Assembly (NCBI GenBank): GCA_016748015.1
Contig: JAAOMT010000201.1
Coordinates: forward strand, 442,224 to 506,223
Origin: Geosiphon pyriformis uo1
Lineage: Eukaryota; Fungi; Glomeromycota
Reading direction: 5' to 3'
Length of the DNA: 64,000 nt
Part shown: positions 36,484 to 49,900 of the stretch, in pieces
Position numbering within the stretch: the stretch's first letter is position 1
Layout of the letters: each line of letters begins with the position of its first letter
The notes under the pieces: model-generated
The model's input: only the letters and a program-made list of their open reading frames with translations
Told to the model about the DNA's origin: nothing
Database searches by the model: none
Position numbers and translations under genes: made by a program

Positions 36484-38957
36484 TTTTTATTTCTTAATTT
36501 CTTTTTCAACATCTTTGTTTGAAACAATGACAAAGTTTTCAACATCTAATTTTTTTTGAATTCCACATGGTTAATAAAAAGTACCAAAAACTATTGTTCC
36601 AAAAGAGGAAATTAGAAACAGTGGCAATATCCTATGTTTTCATTGGACATTTTAAATTGTAAAGAGACAATGAAAACATCGATGTTTGTTTCTGCTGATT
36701 ACACTAGTTAGGTACCCTGTAACCATTTAAAAATTTTGCAGCAATGATTCAATATGGTTTTATATCCCCAAGCCTGTATTTTTTATTTAAAGCAAAAGAC
36801 GATCATGACATCAGTAATTGTTTGTAATCATCTGGCATATATTTCAAATGAAAATTTATAATAAAATTTAGCTTGATCTCTCACTCTTGGACAGCAGAAA
36901 TAGAAAAAAATTATATGTTTATAATACTGTAAAACTTAAAAAATAAACTTATTTTCAGAACCAAAATAATATCGAAAAGTAAGAGATTAGAAATATTTTA
37001 AGAAAAGCTTTATTAACTGCTTCACTTGAAATTAGAAAATAATAATTTTATTTAAAATTCCTAATTTTTGATTTCCAGATGAAAAGAAAACTATTTTATA
37101 AATTTTTGTAATAATAACTCGCTATAAAATTGAGGTTTTATACCCGCACTGAAATTGTGGCAGAGTTTTTCATGGAGAAGAGGTATCAACGGCAAATAAT
37201 TCAGCCTATTGTAAATTTAATTTTTTCACTCCAACACAGCCAATTTGATAACAAAATACAACACATGGCAACCAAATGACACTATCCTAGCGGGCGTTAG
37301 TTCATTTCTTTAATTGTTGAAATATTAATCATTGTTTGCTTAAAATCTATTTTCTAATGGAAGCAATATTAATTCATATGCTAATTTTTCAATAAATCAA
37401 CTTTTGAATCGGGCATAAACCGTACACTATTATAAAAAATCAGAAATTATCAAAATCTGAGTTAAAAATAGAAGAATTTCAATCGGTGATGACTCACCGA
37501 TGAGAAAAAACCATGGCCAACTTAAAAGAGATTACAAACCATCTAAATTTTCTTATTGTTCCTCATAAAAACTAGACTTGAACCTCCTTAGCTTAAAAAA
37601 AAAGTATGTGAGGGTTTAAAACATTTTTGGGAAACAATATTGATTATTGGAGGTTTGATTCGAAGTTAAAATATCTAAATTTACAAATATAATATTGTGG
37701 GATAAAAAAAATATTCTTTTTCAAGTTAAAAAAAGAAAAAATTCGGAGGTATTTTAATTTAGTTCGTTTTGTACAATATCTGGGATCATAAGGTTGAAAG
37801 GCGGGGTGTGAATGTTCAGCCTTCTATCATCATTGACTCTAAATCTGGTGACTCCACATATGCAGAGCCCGATCTAATCAGCACAAAAGATTTTTAGTAA
37901 GTTTCTCCACTTGCTAAATATGGAAAACAACCAAAAAATTAGGCAATCATGCGAAATTGTGAAATTGCGGGATATTCTACAACTGCCATCATTGTATCGA
38001 ACTTTTGTTGTAACTTTTGAAATCTAGTCATCCCTTTTTCCATTGGATGATCAAAATCTTGCAAATACAGTGATATCACGCGACCTCACAAAATTTCTGG
38101 GAGATCGACTAACTACACTGCAAACAAATGCAAAGATTAAAAATCAGATATTTTATCAAAAACTATTCATACTTAATAATCATAATAATAAATCTCATTA
38201 TTATTATTATTTGATATATTTGATAATAGTAAAACTTATGGCTTTGAATATTAAAATAAATAAAAAATTCATTGCAAAAAAAAAAGCCCTATTTTTCTCT
38301 TTTTGAACCCTTGTCTCTTTTTTGAAAATCATAAATTCATTTGTGCACTTGACCTCGAGTCATTGATTAGGACCCATCACTTAAGATTTCTTTAATATTA
38401 AAAAAACCATTTGATTTTTTAAAATCACAATAGAACATGCCGATCATAAATGTCAATTTAGATAAGAGTCGCATAAAAATTTTTAAGATATTTCACCCCG
38501 TAACCACGGACTCATAACTGTCTTGATCCTTTCATTTCATATCAAGAACAAAGACAAATTGATAAGTGTTTGTCCTGTAGGTGTGAGGTCATAACGACCC
38601 GAGCTTGGCCATCAGAACAGAGACAGAGGCAGTAGAATTAATAAGGGGTATGGCTGATATTTTGCAGATTTGGGGCTGGTATCAGACTGTGTTGTTTTGT
38701 CAGGGATGAGGGTGATATACGAATTTAGGGTAAGTAAATTTAGTATATAATCTGTCGGTGAGGTTTGTGATGTTTCCAACTTCTGCCTAGTATTTGTTTT
38801 CATTCGATTATCCGCAGTAGAAATTAAAACCTTATTTAAACAAGGAGAAATCATTTATAAATAAACAAAAAACTTTTGATACTGGCCAACTCGAATATAT
38901 TCCTTAACTTTCAAGCTACATTTTTTAATCAATTTTTAATCCGTTAATATTGTCAGA

Positions 38958-40313
38958 ATGCCAAAACAACGAGCCTCTCGCCCTTCTATTCGTTCACGTA
39001 AAGATCCATCTTCAAAGCCATCTATAACAAAACGTTCTTCCACTTCTAAAGATCCATCTATTACAACCACTTTATTAAATGGAATTACCGCAGAAGATAT
39101 CCCTTTTCCAGAAGTCGATCTGGTTAAACGAGTTCTGGCAAGTTCACGTCGTACTAAAAATCGAAGAAGCGACCCCCCACGACCACCAAATGGATTTTTT
39201 CTCTTTCGAAATGCTTTACATTCCCATCTTGCTGATATGAATTTAAAAGTTCCACAAGTTTCTATGGCTGCTGGTTTGTTATGGGAGAAGGCATTACCAG
39301 AGACAAGAGCTCACTATACGAATTTACAAAATATTGCGAAACAATGGCATCTCAAAATGTATCCAGGCTATGTCTATCGTCCTCGTCGTTCCTCAGCTAC
39401 GAAAAAATCTATATCTAACGAAGCTTTGGTGAACCAACAACTAGCATTGCAAAATCAAGCTCAAAATATTCAAACAAATTCTAACTTAAAATTGAAGAAA
39501 CCATCATTAAAACTTGATCAACAATTGCAAGGATACAAGGCGGAAGAGTTTCAAGATTTTCCCAAACATCGAAATGAACCAGCCATCTTTACGAGATTGC
39601 CTCAACATCCAAATTCCCCCGCTACTACATGTACCACCATGTCTGGTTCTTCACTTCATTCACCACCTTTATCACCGATTACCCCTACTTCAACATCAAC
39701 TTCAACTTCGATCCATCATCATTTCAAAAATGAACCAGATATTTCGGCTTTGTTGCCATCTCAAAAACTTGAATTGTACGCGCCAATCCCCAGATCAGCC
39801 GAGTCATTCATCTTACCATCACCTCCAACCTCAAGGAAAATCTCTTACGTCGAAGCATATCAGATGGCCGAGATGGCTAGGTTACATCGTAACTTTATGT
39901 TTTCACACGAACAACATGAGTTGGGCATTCCACATCAGAATAGCCAACCGCAACAATTTCTGCCGGTACATCATCAACACCAATCCAACACTTGGCAACC
40001 TGTAATCTTGGAACCTCAGATCGATCCTGTATTAAGTGCTGATGTTAGTTATGGCATGGTCGGCCAACCACATTCATTGCAACAAACAAATAACATCTTT
40101 GGCAGCCAATCTCCAATTATGGCTTCAGATGTATCAACAGCTCAACAAATTTGTGCCAGTCAAGAATCACAAACTCCGAATTATGATACGATTGGATTCG
40201 AGTCAAATCAATTCACCATTGGTATAAATAATAATATGACTTTAAACACTAATCAAGTAAATGGATATGTTGGACATCGCTCAGATGTTTTCCAAGATTG
40301 GATCGAATATTAA
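38958..40313 (+). CDS. MATA/SOX-type HMG-box transcription factor (451 aa, intronless)
   Basis: PPRPPNGFFLFR...VSMAAGLLW...Y...AKQWHLKMYPGYVYRPRR, followed by a long Q/S/P-rich tail. Confidence 0.93.
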   Translation: MPKQRASRPSIRSRKDPSSKPSITKRSSTSKDPSITTTLLNGITAEDIPFPEVDLVKRVLASSRRTKNRRSDPPRPPNGFFLFRNALHSHLADMNLKVPQVSMAAGLLWEKALPETRAHYTNLQNIAKQWHLKMYPGYVYRPRRSSATKKSISNEALVNQQLALQNQAQNIQTNSNLKLKKPSLKLDQQLQGYKAEEFQDFPKHRNEPAIFTRLPQHPNSPATTCTTMSGSSLHSPPLSPITPTSTSTSTSIHHHFKNEPDISALLPSQKLELYAPIPRSAESFILPSPPTSRKISYVEAYQMAEMARLHRNFMFSHEQHELGIPHQNSQPQQFLPVHHQHQSNTWQPVILEPQIDPVLSADVSYGMVGQPHSLQQTNNIFGSQSPIMASDVSTAQQICASQESQTPNYDTIGFESNQFTIGINNNMTLNTNQVNGYVGHRSDVFQDWIEY

Positions 40314-43300
40314 TCTTTGTAGGATTCTAGTATCGATACAAATTCTAAGCTGGGGCCACTACCAGTTACAAAATTTATGTAAATATACAATTTAGCCCTT
40401 TAAGGTAACGCAGCGAGCAAAACTTTACATCTCTTTCAATGTATGAGCTTTCAGCCTACTTTACTTGTACAGCACAGGCATTCTAGCCTGATTAAAGAGT
40501 ACATAACGTAAATATTCTATATATAATTGATAAATTCTAAAGGTTCCAGCAGAGATTCTTGCCGATTTATTTCTCGGTCAACAAAATATGTCATTTGTGT
40601 ATCAATAAAAAGTATTGATTTTCAGTGCTTGTTATTGATTTTGAAATGGCTTAATCCACTGCATCTTACAGGATCTAAAAAAAAGATGGATAAATACTTT
40701 ATAAAGTTTTATATTGGTTTTCTCAATTTTTTAACTACCATGGGCCAGCGCTTTGACCACAATAGTGAAGTTAATTTGCCGCGTAAGAGCTAACCAATCG
40801 TTTGACTAGATTTTCTACTGTTTCTAATTCCCTTTTATAGCAAGATGCAAAAGTTATTCAAGATCCTTAAATTTTGGAATTTCTGATATTATAAGAGAAT
40901 AAGATAACGCCATCAAATTTGTTAAACTTGAAAACAATCATTCGAAATTTTGAATCGGATATTGACTGCATTGTTAAAATTTTCGACAATTTAATTGTTT
41001 CACACCCACCAATTTTTTTGCACAGCGTTTTATTTGCTCTTTGCATTAATAAAATGGGTAATTTTCCCCGTTACCTTTATTCCCTGGTTTTCTATTTAAA
41101 GGGAAAAAAAATTTAAACTTGGTACAAATTGTCCTTTGTTTTATTTTCTTTAAATAGTGCATAAAGTAATTCTCATTCTCATTCTCATGAGATCATGGGA
41201 CAAAGGTTTTATTTTTTGAGAAACCCTTATAGTATGTATTTTATTATTGGTGAATATAAAAAAAATATGAATTAAGATGATAAGTTGTGTCGCAAATAAT
41301 TTCTTTTTTGAAAAATCTATTGGTACATTAAAATAAAATTTTATATTTTATTGCGTTCTACTTAAAGAAATCAATAATAATATTTTTTGTGAATTAAAGA
41401 AATTTTGTAAAAAATGCAATTAAAAATTCATTCCTAAAAGTGATTAAAATTCTTCTTTAAAAAGAATTTTTATTCCCGTTTCTATCGGCAAATATTTGAC
41501 AATGAAAAACTTAACATAATTATATTAATCTAATTTTTATTTTGAAATTTTTTGCTCACAATAAGAGTTTTATAACTCAAAAAAAGATGTTTTTTGTTTG
41601 ATGAAGTATATGGAGACGTCATTTCGCTATTAATCGAAAAACAACAAAATTAATGAACAATAAATGAAGGACAATATCATGAAATAAGTGTTTAATTTTC
41701 TTTGCTGGGACTTATAAATGGTAAATGGAATTGAACACATTTATACTAAATTTAACCAAAACTTTTAAAATTACACTCATTTATTGAATCTTTTTTCTCT
41801 GAAATTTATTAAAAACTTTATAAAAATTGAAAGAAATCTTTGTGGGTTCACAAGTTGTTTATTTTAGTAATCCTTTAAAAATTGTCAAGTAAAAAGTGCC
41901 TACAGTTAAAAAATCACTTAAAATTTTATTTTTTTGTCAATAAAATGTTTTTCCACATGTCTTGGTTTATTTTTAAAAAACTATTTTTAAGAAATTTCAA
42001 AAATATTTTTGAATAAGCTTAAACACAAAATACATGTGAAAAATTATTGGTTTGAGTTAAATAAAAATACTTTCTAATTGTAAGGATAAAATTAGAAATA
42101 ATTTTTTTTGGTTCAATAAAGTTGGTAGTAATTTTAGAACTAGTTTAATAATTTTTTTTAAAAAACTTTTTGAAAGTTCAGATATAAAGTTAGTATACAT
42201 AATAATACTGCTTATTTTTTCAATTTTCCTCTGAATATACAAAAATTTATTATTCATGAAAATGCTACAAACTCATTTTTCATTGATTATGATCCAATAT
42301 ATATTAATTTTATTCATGAATCTTAGAATAGGTTAACCAAAATTAAAAAATGGCTGATATTAATCGACAATCATAGAATAGCATATTTAATAAATGACTG
42401 ATATCAGTGAAATTTTATTATTGATTTGGTTAATCTTGCTGATTTCGTACACAATTCAATAATTTTATAAAATAAAGAATTTTCTTCATATGAATCAAAG
42501 TAAAAGCATCAAATATATGGTATATTTTGTCTTGTATATAATTCACAAATAATGAAGACAAATGAAAAATAATATTCAATTCCTCGACCATCGTTGTCTA
42601 CTTTGAGGTAAGAATATTAATAAAATTGGAAAAAAGGTAAGTAAATTACTAAATAAAGTGTACATTTTCTGTTCTCCAAAAAAAATTTAAAGTTTGAAAT
42701 GAATTCTCTAAATTTGATATCAATCTTTGAATGACCAAGTAGGTTTAAACTTTACCTTTTTTGATAGGCTAGTATGAGTTAAACTACAATAATTGATATT
42801 TTTTTCAGAAATATAATTGTTTTAAATTCGAAATTTAAAAGTATTTTTAAAAAACAATGGTAAGATTTGATATTCATAACAAAACTTACTAATAATAATC
42901 TAAAACATTAATAATATGTAAAATACGTGGTATAAGAAATATTTAAATCATATTGAAGTTTTAAATATATAACTATAGAGTAATATCAATGATATAGAAT
43001 TCATTGGTGGTTAAAATTGTTAAAATTATTATTTTCTTATTTATGATATATTAATTGATAGACTGAAAATTTAATATTATTGTGAGAAAAATTTATTATA
43101 AAGAAAATTTCTTAAAAAACATGACTGTCAAATTTTTTGTAAAGTATTTCAAATTACTGAGCTGAAAAAATTACCTTGAATGGGTTATTTTTATTAAATA
43201 TCTCAGCATCAACGATTTAATTGTTTATCACATATTAAACCTGATTTTTATGATAAATTTTTTGAATATATAACACTTATTGTGCTACTACACTTTAACA

Positions 43301-46117
43301 GGTTTATTTTTTCAATTTAAACCATGATTGACTATGAATATCTATGAATCTTACAACTAGGAGAGACTTGCGATTTAAGATTCCAATTGTTTTCAGAACA
43401 AATTTATTATATAAAAAAAAACACTTAATTGGTTAATAATTTAATTCTATGTGTAATGTGACTGAATTATCAATAAATAATATTTAAAAGGTATTTTTAT
43501 TATAGACTATAAAAAACCTTTTGAGCAAAATAAGAAAACTTTTTAATTTCTTATCAATAAAAACAAAACTAAAGAGCAAATAAATTGAATTTTTTGCGAT
43601 CAAAATATTTTAACCAATTAAATTGAAACTTCTCGCTGATAATTTATTGCTAGAAAATCACAATTAAAAAGTAAATAGTCTTAAGCAAATCAAATCTGAA
43701 GATGCAATATTTTTACTTTGGTAAAAACCCCTGATAAAAAGATCCGAGCATGATGATTTCAATTGAGGTTGAGATATTGAAAGCTTGATGCCGATCAAAA
43801 AAGTATTTGATTTTTGAAGGAGCTTGTTTGTTCGTCAAACATTTTTTTTCTTGATAAGTTTTTTGTATGTACAAGCATGCCAAGTGAATCCCGTCTATTC
43901 TATCCAAAGGAACTTGAAGAGTGGATTCTAATTTTTAATAAAAATTGTTCAAATTTGAAAGAGAGAAAAATATGAAGATTTTTAAAAATTTCAAAATAAA
44001 TTTTTTAAAATCATTTGGGGATTACTATATAATAATTTAATTTTGTCATTTTATTTTTAATGCATTTTTGACCCAACGAAATTTGCGAATGGATTTAAAA
44101 GTAATAAAAACCATATTTGGTTTAAATATTTTCGGATTACTCAAAGCGAAAAATTTTAAATTTTTGATCTCTTATTTTTTGTATGAAGATTTACTTAATT
44201 AAAACAATATAATTTTAATTAAAATAAAATTAAATAAATTATTGGTTTGTTTTTTCGCACATTTTATTTAAAATTTATTATCAAAAATGGTATAAAATTA
44301 AAATGATTTTGATTTTTAAAGGATAAAAATACACAAAGTATTATTAATAAATCACAAAATTGAAACATGATTGATTTTATTTTTTGCAAATATTTATTTT
44401 TAACAAACTAATAAAAAAATATTAAAAACATATTTTATATATTGACAAAGTATTTTTTAAAGTGATTTTATAATTCATCAAATTTATTCATTTAAATTTT
44501 TTTTCATTTAATATTAATACAATTTTTTATCCATTTAAGTTTTTGATTGCATTAATTATTAATACAAAATTTTGAATATGAAATTTTTTACACATTTCCC
44601 TTTGAAGAAATTGGTGTAGTCATGAAATTAGAGAATTTAACAGATTATATTCAAAACAGAAATACTTTTGAGAATTTTAAATCAAAATAAATCATTTTTA
44701 GCTGATTCAAAAATTTCTTTTGATCAGTGATGAATAGAAATACCCGACTATTTGCAAGGAAAAACTGTCTATTACAAGTAAAGAAGTTCCATTTAACAGT
44801 CAACCGAAAACTATGTATTAAAAAAGCAAAAATATATATTTCAAAATTAAATATTGCTTTTTAAAGAAATTATTTTCATACATAAAGGATAAATTTTCAA
44901 AGTAAATAAATTATAAACACTTACTCCGATATTAACTAATCAAAATAAGGCTAAACATCTAGGTAACAGGTTTTACAAAATTAGGTGTCTAATCTGGTAA
45001 TTATCTATTTTAATATAATAATCATATAATGGGATCTTATTGTCTTTTTAATTGGTTTTTGCACTTATTTATCTTGGATGAACAATACCTGGGTCAAAGG
45101 TTTTTAAACTCCATTTGTAAACTCGGAAATTTTACTTTATGTATATTTTCATGGGTTTTCGTATATAAAAAGGAGGAGCCGGAGCTGTACCCAGTCCCTC
45201 AAACAGATTAACACCATTTACCGGAATGAGTCTAGATTAGTCTTGTCTGGTTTATTTACTTATCTTGTTTTATCTGGTTCTTTCCGGTTCCGTTTCGCTT
45301 TAAAAATTGAAGGCAAATAAATCTCAAGAAATAGAAATCTGCACAATTTTTATAATTAAAAAGAATGATTTCTAATACCCAAATCAAGATAAATGAAATA
45401 AATTTGTGATTTTCGGAAAAATGCCCACATCGCATATTCCTCACAACAAATGCTAAGGAATATAATTGCCAAAAGGGCTTTGCTATTGAATTAATAATAA
45501 TTTTTTTAATTATTCACAAAAATGTTTAAAATAAAACTTATTTAATTTGTTTTCTCATTAAAGAATAATTATGAATAAGAAAAAGTCATCAGCGAGAATA
45601 ATCATATCAAATATGGAATCGAATATAGTTTTTCATTTTAAAGTATAAAATTTTTTTTCACCTTAATAAATTTTACATATTAATTTAACGCCTTTGGTTT
45701 GCCAGGATTGCTTATTTTAATCTTGAAATTTTAGACTCGCCTTATTGATTATAAAAAAATTCTTTTAAACAAACAGGTTTTTGATATAAACAAAAAACTT
45801 GGTTTTAAAATACCATTTTTAAAAATTTTATCTCTAAATTTAGCGTTACCTTTAAAAAAAGATATTGTTACTTGAAAAATAAACATTTTATGTTACACTT
45901 AAAAATTTTCCATTTTCAAAATTCGATAGCATTTCAAAAAAATAAGTTTTTTAGAATAAAAGAATGGGGACATTTTTGTTGATATGCATGAATCTACTCA
46001 AATACCTCGTTAATCAACGTAAATTTGACATATATATGCAATGCAACTCTTTTCGTGTACAGACTACTTAGGTAAAGTTTACAAAGAATTTATTACCATT
46101 TTGATCAAGGATGACCC

Positions 46118-46393
46118 CATTGTAAGCATTGTAACCCGGTGAGATGAAACCCATCATATTTTTGACGCCAAACCTAAAAGATAAAGTCATTGTGAACGAT
46201 ACGCCAATAGCATATAAACACCTTCATATAATTCGAAGACCATTGTGATGCTGCCAATAACATTTAAGAATGGCTTATTGTAAGGTAACACTCATTTTTC
46301 AAGAATCAAGTTCTTCCAAGTTTCCAAGTTGAAATTTTGTGGCAAACCCTAACACAAAATGAGCATTGTAAGCGGCTGTCAATGACATATAAA
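46118..46393 (+). promoter_or_regulatory. Cluster of CATTGT (HMG-box binding consensus) sites plus TATAAA upstream of the second HMG gene
   Basis: CATTGT at 46118, 46127, 46188, 46241 and 46364; TATTGT at 46276; TATAAA at 46388; ATG at 46453. Confidence 0.6.
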
Positions 46394-46452
46394 GAGCTTT
46401 ATATGAGATGCAAGTTTCATTATGCCCCAAAATTCTTTTGAATTAGGGGAAA

Positions 46453-46983
46453 ATGATTGAAATCGGTTTGAATTTATTAGTCACTTGCTCAAGAAAAGTG
46501 CATAAATTAAATTTTGAAATTATTACCGAGGCCGAAATACGAGAAAAATGCAAAAAAAAATTACCAAACTCTTTTATGTTATACCGATTGTCAATTAATA
46601 AAGCTTCAAGTCAAAAAAATTGGGGATGTTCCGACTCTTCTTGTCCACTTCATAAATTAGAGAGAACGGGCATTTCAAGGCTGGCTCAATTAACGTGGAA
46701 GCCATCTCCTCAAGAAATAAAAGATCATTTTCAGAAACTTTATCAAAAGTTAAAGAAGAATTGGCCAAAACAAACCCGCAATCCACCCAAGAAACATCAA
46801 CAGGTTCCTTCCAGGGAAATTTTGATAGCATCCTACGAGGTCTCAAGGAGTACGCCCCTCCTAACTAATCATCCCGTAACTACAGAAACCGAACCCCTTT
46901 GGAGTATCCGTTCACCTGAAACGGTGGCATTTTATGAGTTTACAGCAGGCACTGATTATGTCGCTGACAATGTCGCTAATTAG
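46453..46983 (+). CDS. Divergent MATA-type HMG-box protein (176 aa)
   Basis: KKKLPNSFMLYR...ISRLAQLTWKPSPQEIKDHFQKLY matches HMG helices 1-3. Confidence 0.8.
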   Translation: MIEIGLNLLVTCSRKVHKLNFEIITEAEIREKCKKKLPNSFMLYRLSINKASSQKNWGCSDSSCPLHKLERTGISRLAQLTWKPSPQEIKDHFQKLYQKLKKNWPKQTRNPPKKHQQVPSREILIASYEVSRSTPLLTNHPVTTETEPLWSIRSPETVAFYEFTAGTDYVADNVAN

Positions 46984-49900
46984 GTTGAGTTATTTTAATT
47001 TGTACCCAGATCAGAAAATTCAAGCTAGTTATTTATATTTTTTCAAACCTTTAGAATCTATAAATAATTTTTTTTTCAATAAAATTTTTTGACTGCGTCA
47101 ATTAATTTTTGAATATAGCTGCCTTGTTTTTTAAATTTAAAAAACTGCAAAAGTTTGACATAAGTTTTATCAAATTTCAGGTTGACATTTTTCGATTTAC
47201 ATTCAAATTGCAAATAGAGAAATACGATCTGTTTACTAAACTCAAATCATTACATTTTTCATGGTAGAATTTAAAGATATATCAAAAAAACATCCTGCGG
47301 TTAATTTCTTAAATCTTCAAAAAATATAATAACAATATAATTAAATAATATATAATTAAAAAATATGATAATATTATAATTTTAATTTATAAAAAATATT
47401 AATATTTTTGATAGCATTTATTAAAATTAAATTTTGTTAATAATTTCATAAGTCTTATGTTATCATTTGTTATTTTCACTCACTTTTATTAATATTTTAT
47501 CAGATTTTTAAATTATTTTTACTTAAACTATTATATTATTTTTCAATTATTTTATTTACATTGCTAACTTGATTCAATAATATTTAGATAAATTAGATAT
47601 TTTCTTAATAGCCTATTTTAAGCATTTATATTATATAAGTAAGGTTAATTATTAATCTAATTATTAATTCAATCATTAATTTCATTTTGATTCATTAATT
47701 TTTATTATTTTTACAGCAATAAATTTCTTATTTTTAGATCATTAAATAATTTGTCTTTAATTTTTAAAAACAAACTTTAAATTAATTTATTAGTTATTGT
47801 CTTATATTATTTATTGATTTGTTGTTGTTTATATAACATTACTTTTTTTGAAAACTTGTTACGTTTCATAAAAATATTTAATTATATTTTATAATTTACA
47901 TTACTATTATATTTTTCAAATTAAATTATTATTAAATTTTTCTATTTACCTTTACATGATTTTTAATATATTACGTAATTTATTAATAAGTATATTAATA
48001 CTTTTTTTGATAACACTTTATTTTTTTATTTTTTATTACATACAGTGTGATCCACTCACTATTTAAATAAATCCAACAATTAATTTAATTTTAAAATAAA
48101 AAATTGTTATTTTATAATTTTGCTAGAAAAATTGTATCATTGATTTCTATTTGCAAAAAAACTTTCTAACTCTTAAAAATATTAATAAAGCTGAACTATA
48201 CCTTAAAAATTAAAATCTATTGTAATATATTTAATTTGGACTTTTTGATAATATTAAAACTAGTATTTATTTTCTAATTATTTTGATTTTATATTAACCA
48301 CTAATTTTGCTTATTTACTCATTACATTTTTTAAACTAATTGTTAACTTAATTATTGACCTAATTAATTATTTGATTATTAACTTATTAATTACCTAAGG
48401 GTTGTTAATATAATTAATGTATGTTTTTGAATTCCAAAAGATTCCAACTAAAACCTAAAATTTTCAATTTTCAAATTTCTGATTTGTTTAAAAAAAATTG
48501 CCAAGTATAATATGAAACTAAGTACCTTAATTGAATTGCTTTTATATTAATTCAGAATTATATTGTCTTTAGTTGTTTTGTAATTGTATTATTTTGATTT
48601 GTAACAATAAACTTAACCATTTTTTTAATTTTTCTTATATAATCTTAGAAACATTTTGTTATTAAACAATTTCCAAATTTAACTATTTTAAAGTTTTAAC
48701 AAAAACAGCTTATGATCTAAAAATTAATTTTTTTAAATAATTGCTTAATTCACATCTTATGTATGATATCTAGTTAATTTTTGATTACACCGTGAATTCA
48801 AAAAGATTTTTAATGATTAACTTTTTTATTATAATTAAAAAAAGTTAATTAAATATGTTTTCGAAAAAATGTATATATAGAGTGTTTTAAAATACGCCTC
48901 TTGGCATTTTTTCAACATTTACACTAATCATTATTATTATAAGTTATAATAATATACTATTATAATATTAAAATCAAATAAAATACATATTATAAAATTA
49001 TTATTAAAGTAAGCAAAAACAATTCAAAATAAAAATTTTAATATAATTAAAAGTTTATATTCGATATTAAAAATATTAATTAGAATTGATTATAATATAT
49101 GCATTTTAATAAAAACTAGTTTTGTTATGCTTCAAGATTTTAACACTTTTAATTCACAATTAAAACCCAAAAATAATTGAAAATTTTTTTTTTCATATAT
49201 TTTATGACCACAATCAAAGCAAAGAATAAAAAACAACTATATAGCTTTTTAAGTGCTTAAGAAACTATTATTATTTATTAAAAATTTTTAAGTAAGCAGT
49301 TTTTACTTTGGTGTTAAATATTGCTACAAAAATCAGATTGGCTTATGTCAAAACTGTGTTTTAGTTTCTGCATATTTTGTTTGAAGGTAGTTTTTAAAAA
49401 CAGTTTAAACTCTTTTGTATAAAGATGGTATTTTAGATTTTTTAAATACTGTTACTAAAATTAAACTTGCTAAATTTTTTTAGTTATTCTTAAGATTTTT
49501 AAGTTTTAATAGGTTTTGTTTCTGGTTCTGTTATTGTAGTTTTTGTAATGTTTTTAATAAAATTTAATAATATTATGTTTTTTTAAAAAAAATCTCATGT
49601 TATCAAAGAATATGTCACATAATAAATAATTTAAATATAAATAAATTTCTTATTGCAAATCTTTTTTAGGCACAAAATCTGATCAGGCCAATCTAATTAT
49701 TTTGCTAAAAATATGTTATTATATCTAAGATTGTCCACATATCTATTTATAGGTGTATAAATTTTACCTTAAGCTTATTTTTAGTAAATACAAAAATAAA
49801 GCTAATTCATTCTGATTCATTTCTTTTAGGGCTCTTTGTGTTAATAAAACAAAAATTACCTTTTCCAAAATATTTATATTTGATTTGTGATAGAATTTAG

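Noticed and set aside
39514-40227. Overlapping ORFs inside the HMG gene
   Set aside because: They are alternative-frame shadows of a GC-richer CDS with no recognisable motifs.
43713-43907. 64-aa ORF in a slightly GC-richer patch
   Set aside because: No recognisable motif or splice context. It could be a relic, but this cannot be supported from the sequence.
46110-46370. CRISPR-like or tandem repeat array
   Set aside because: The repeated unit is only 6-8 bp with irregular spacing, which fits TF binding sites better than an array.
38958-46983. Bona fide mating-type locus
   Set aside because: No tptA, rnhA, SLA2, APN2 or homeodomain genes appear in the window, and HMG genes are numerous in such fungi.
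48817-48850. AT-rich hairpin TTAACTTTTTT...AAAAAAGTTAA
   Set aside because: Expected by chance in DNA this AT-rich.
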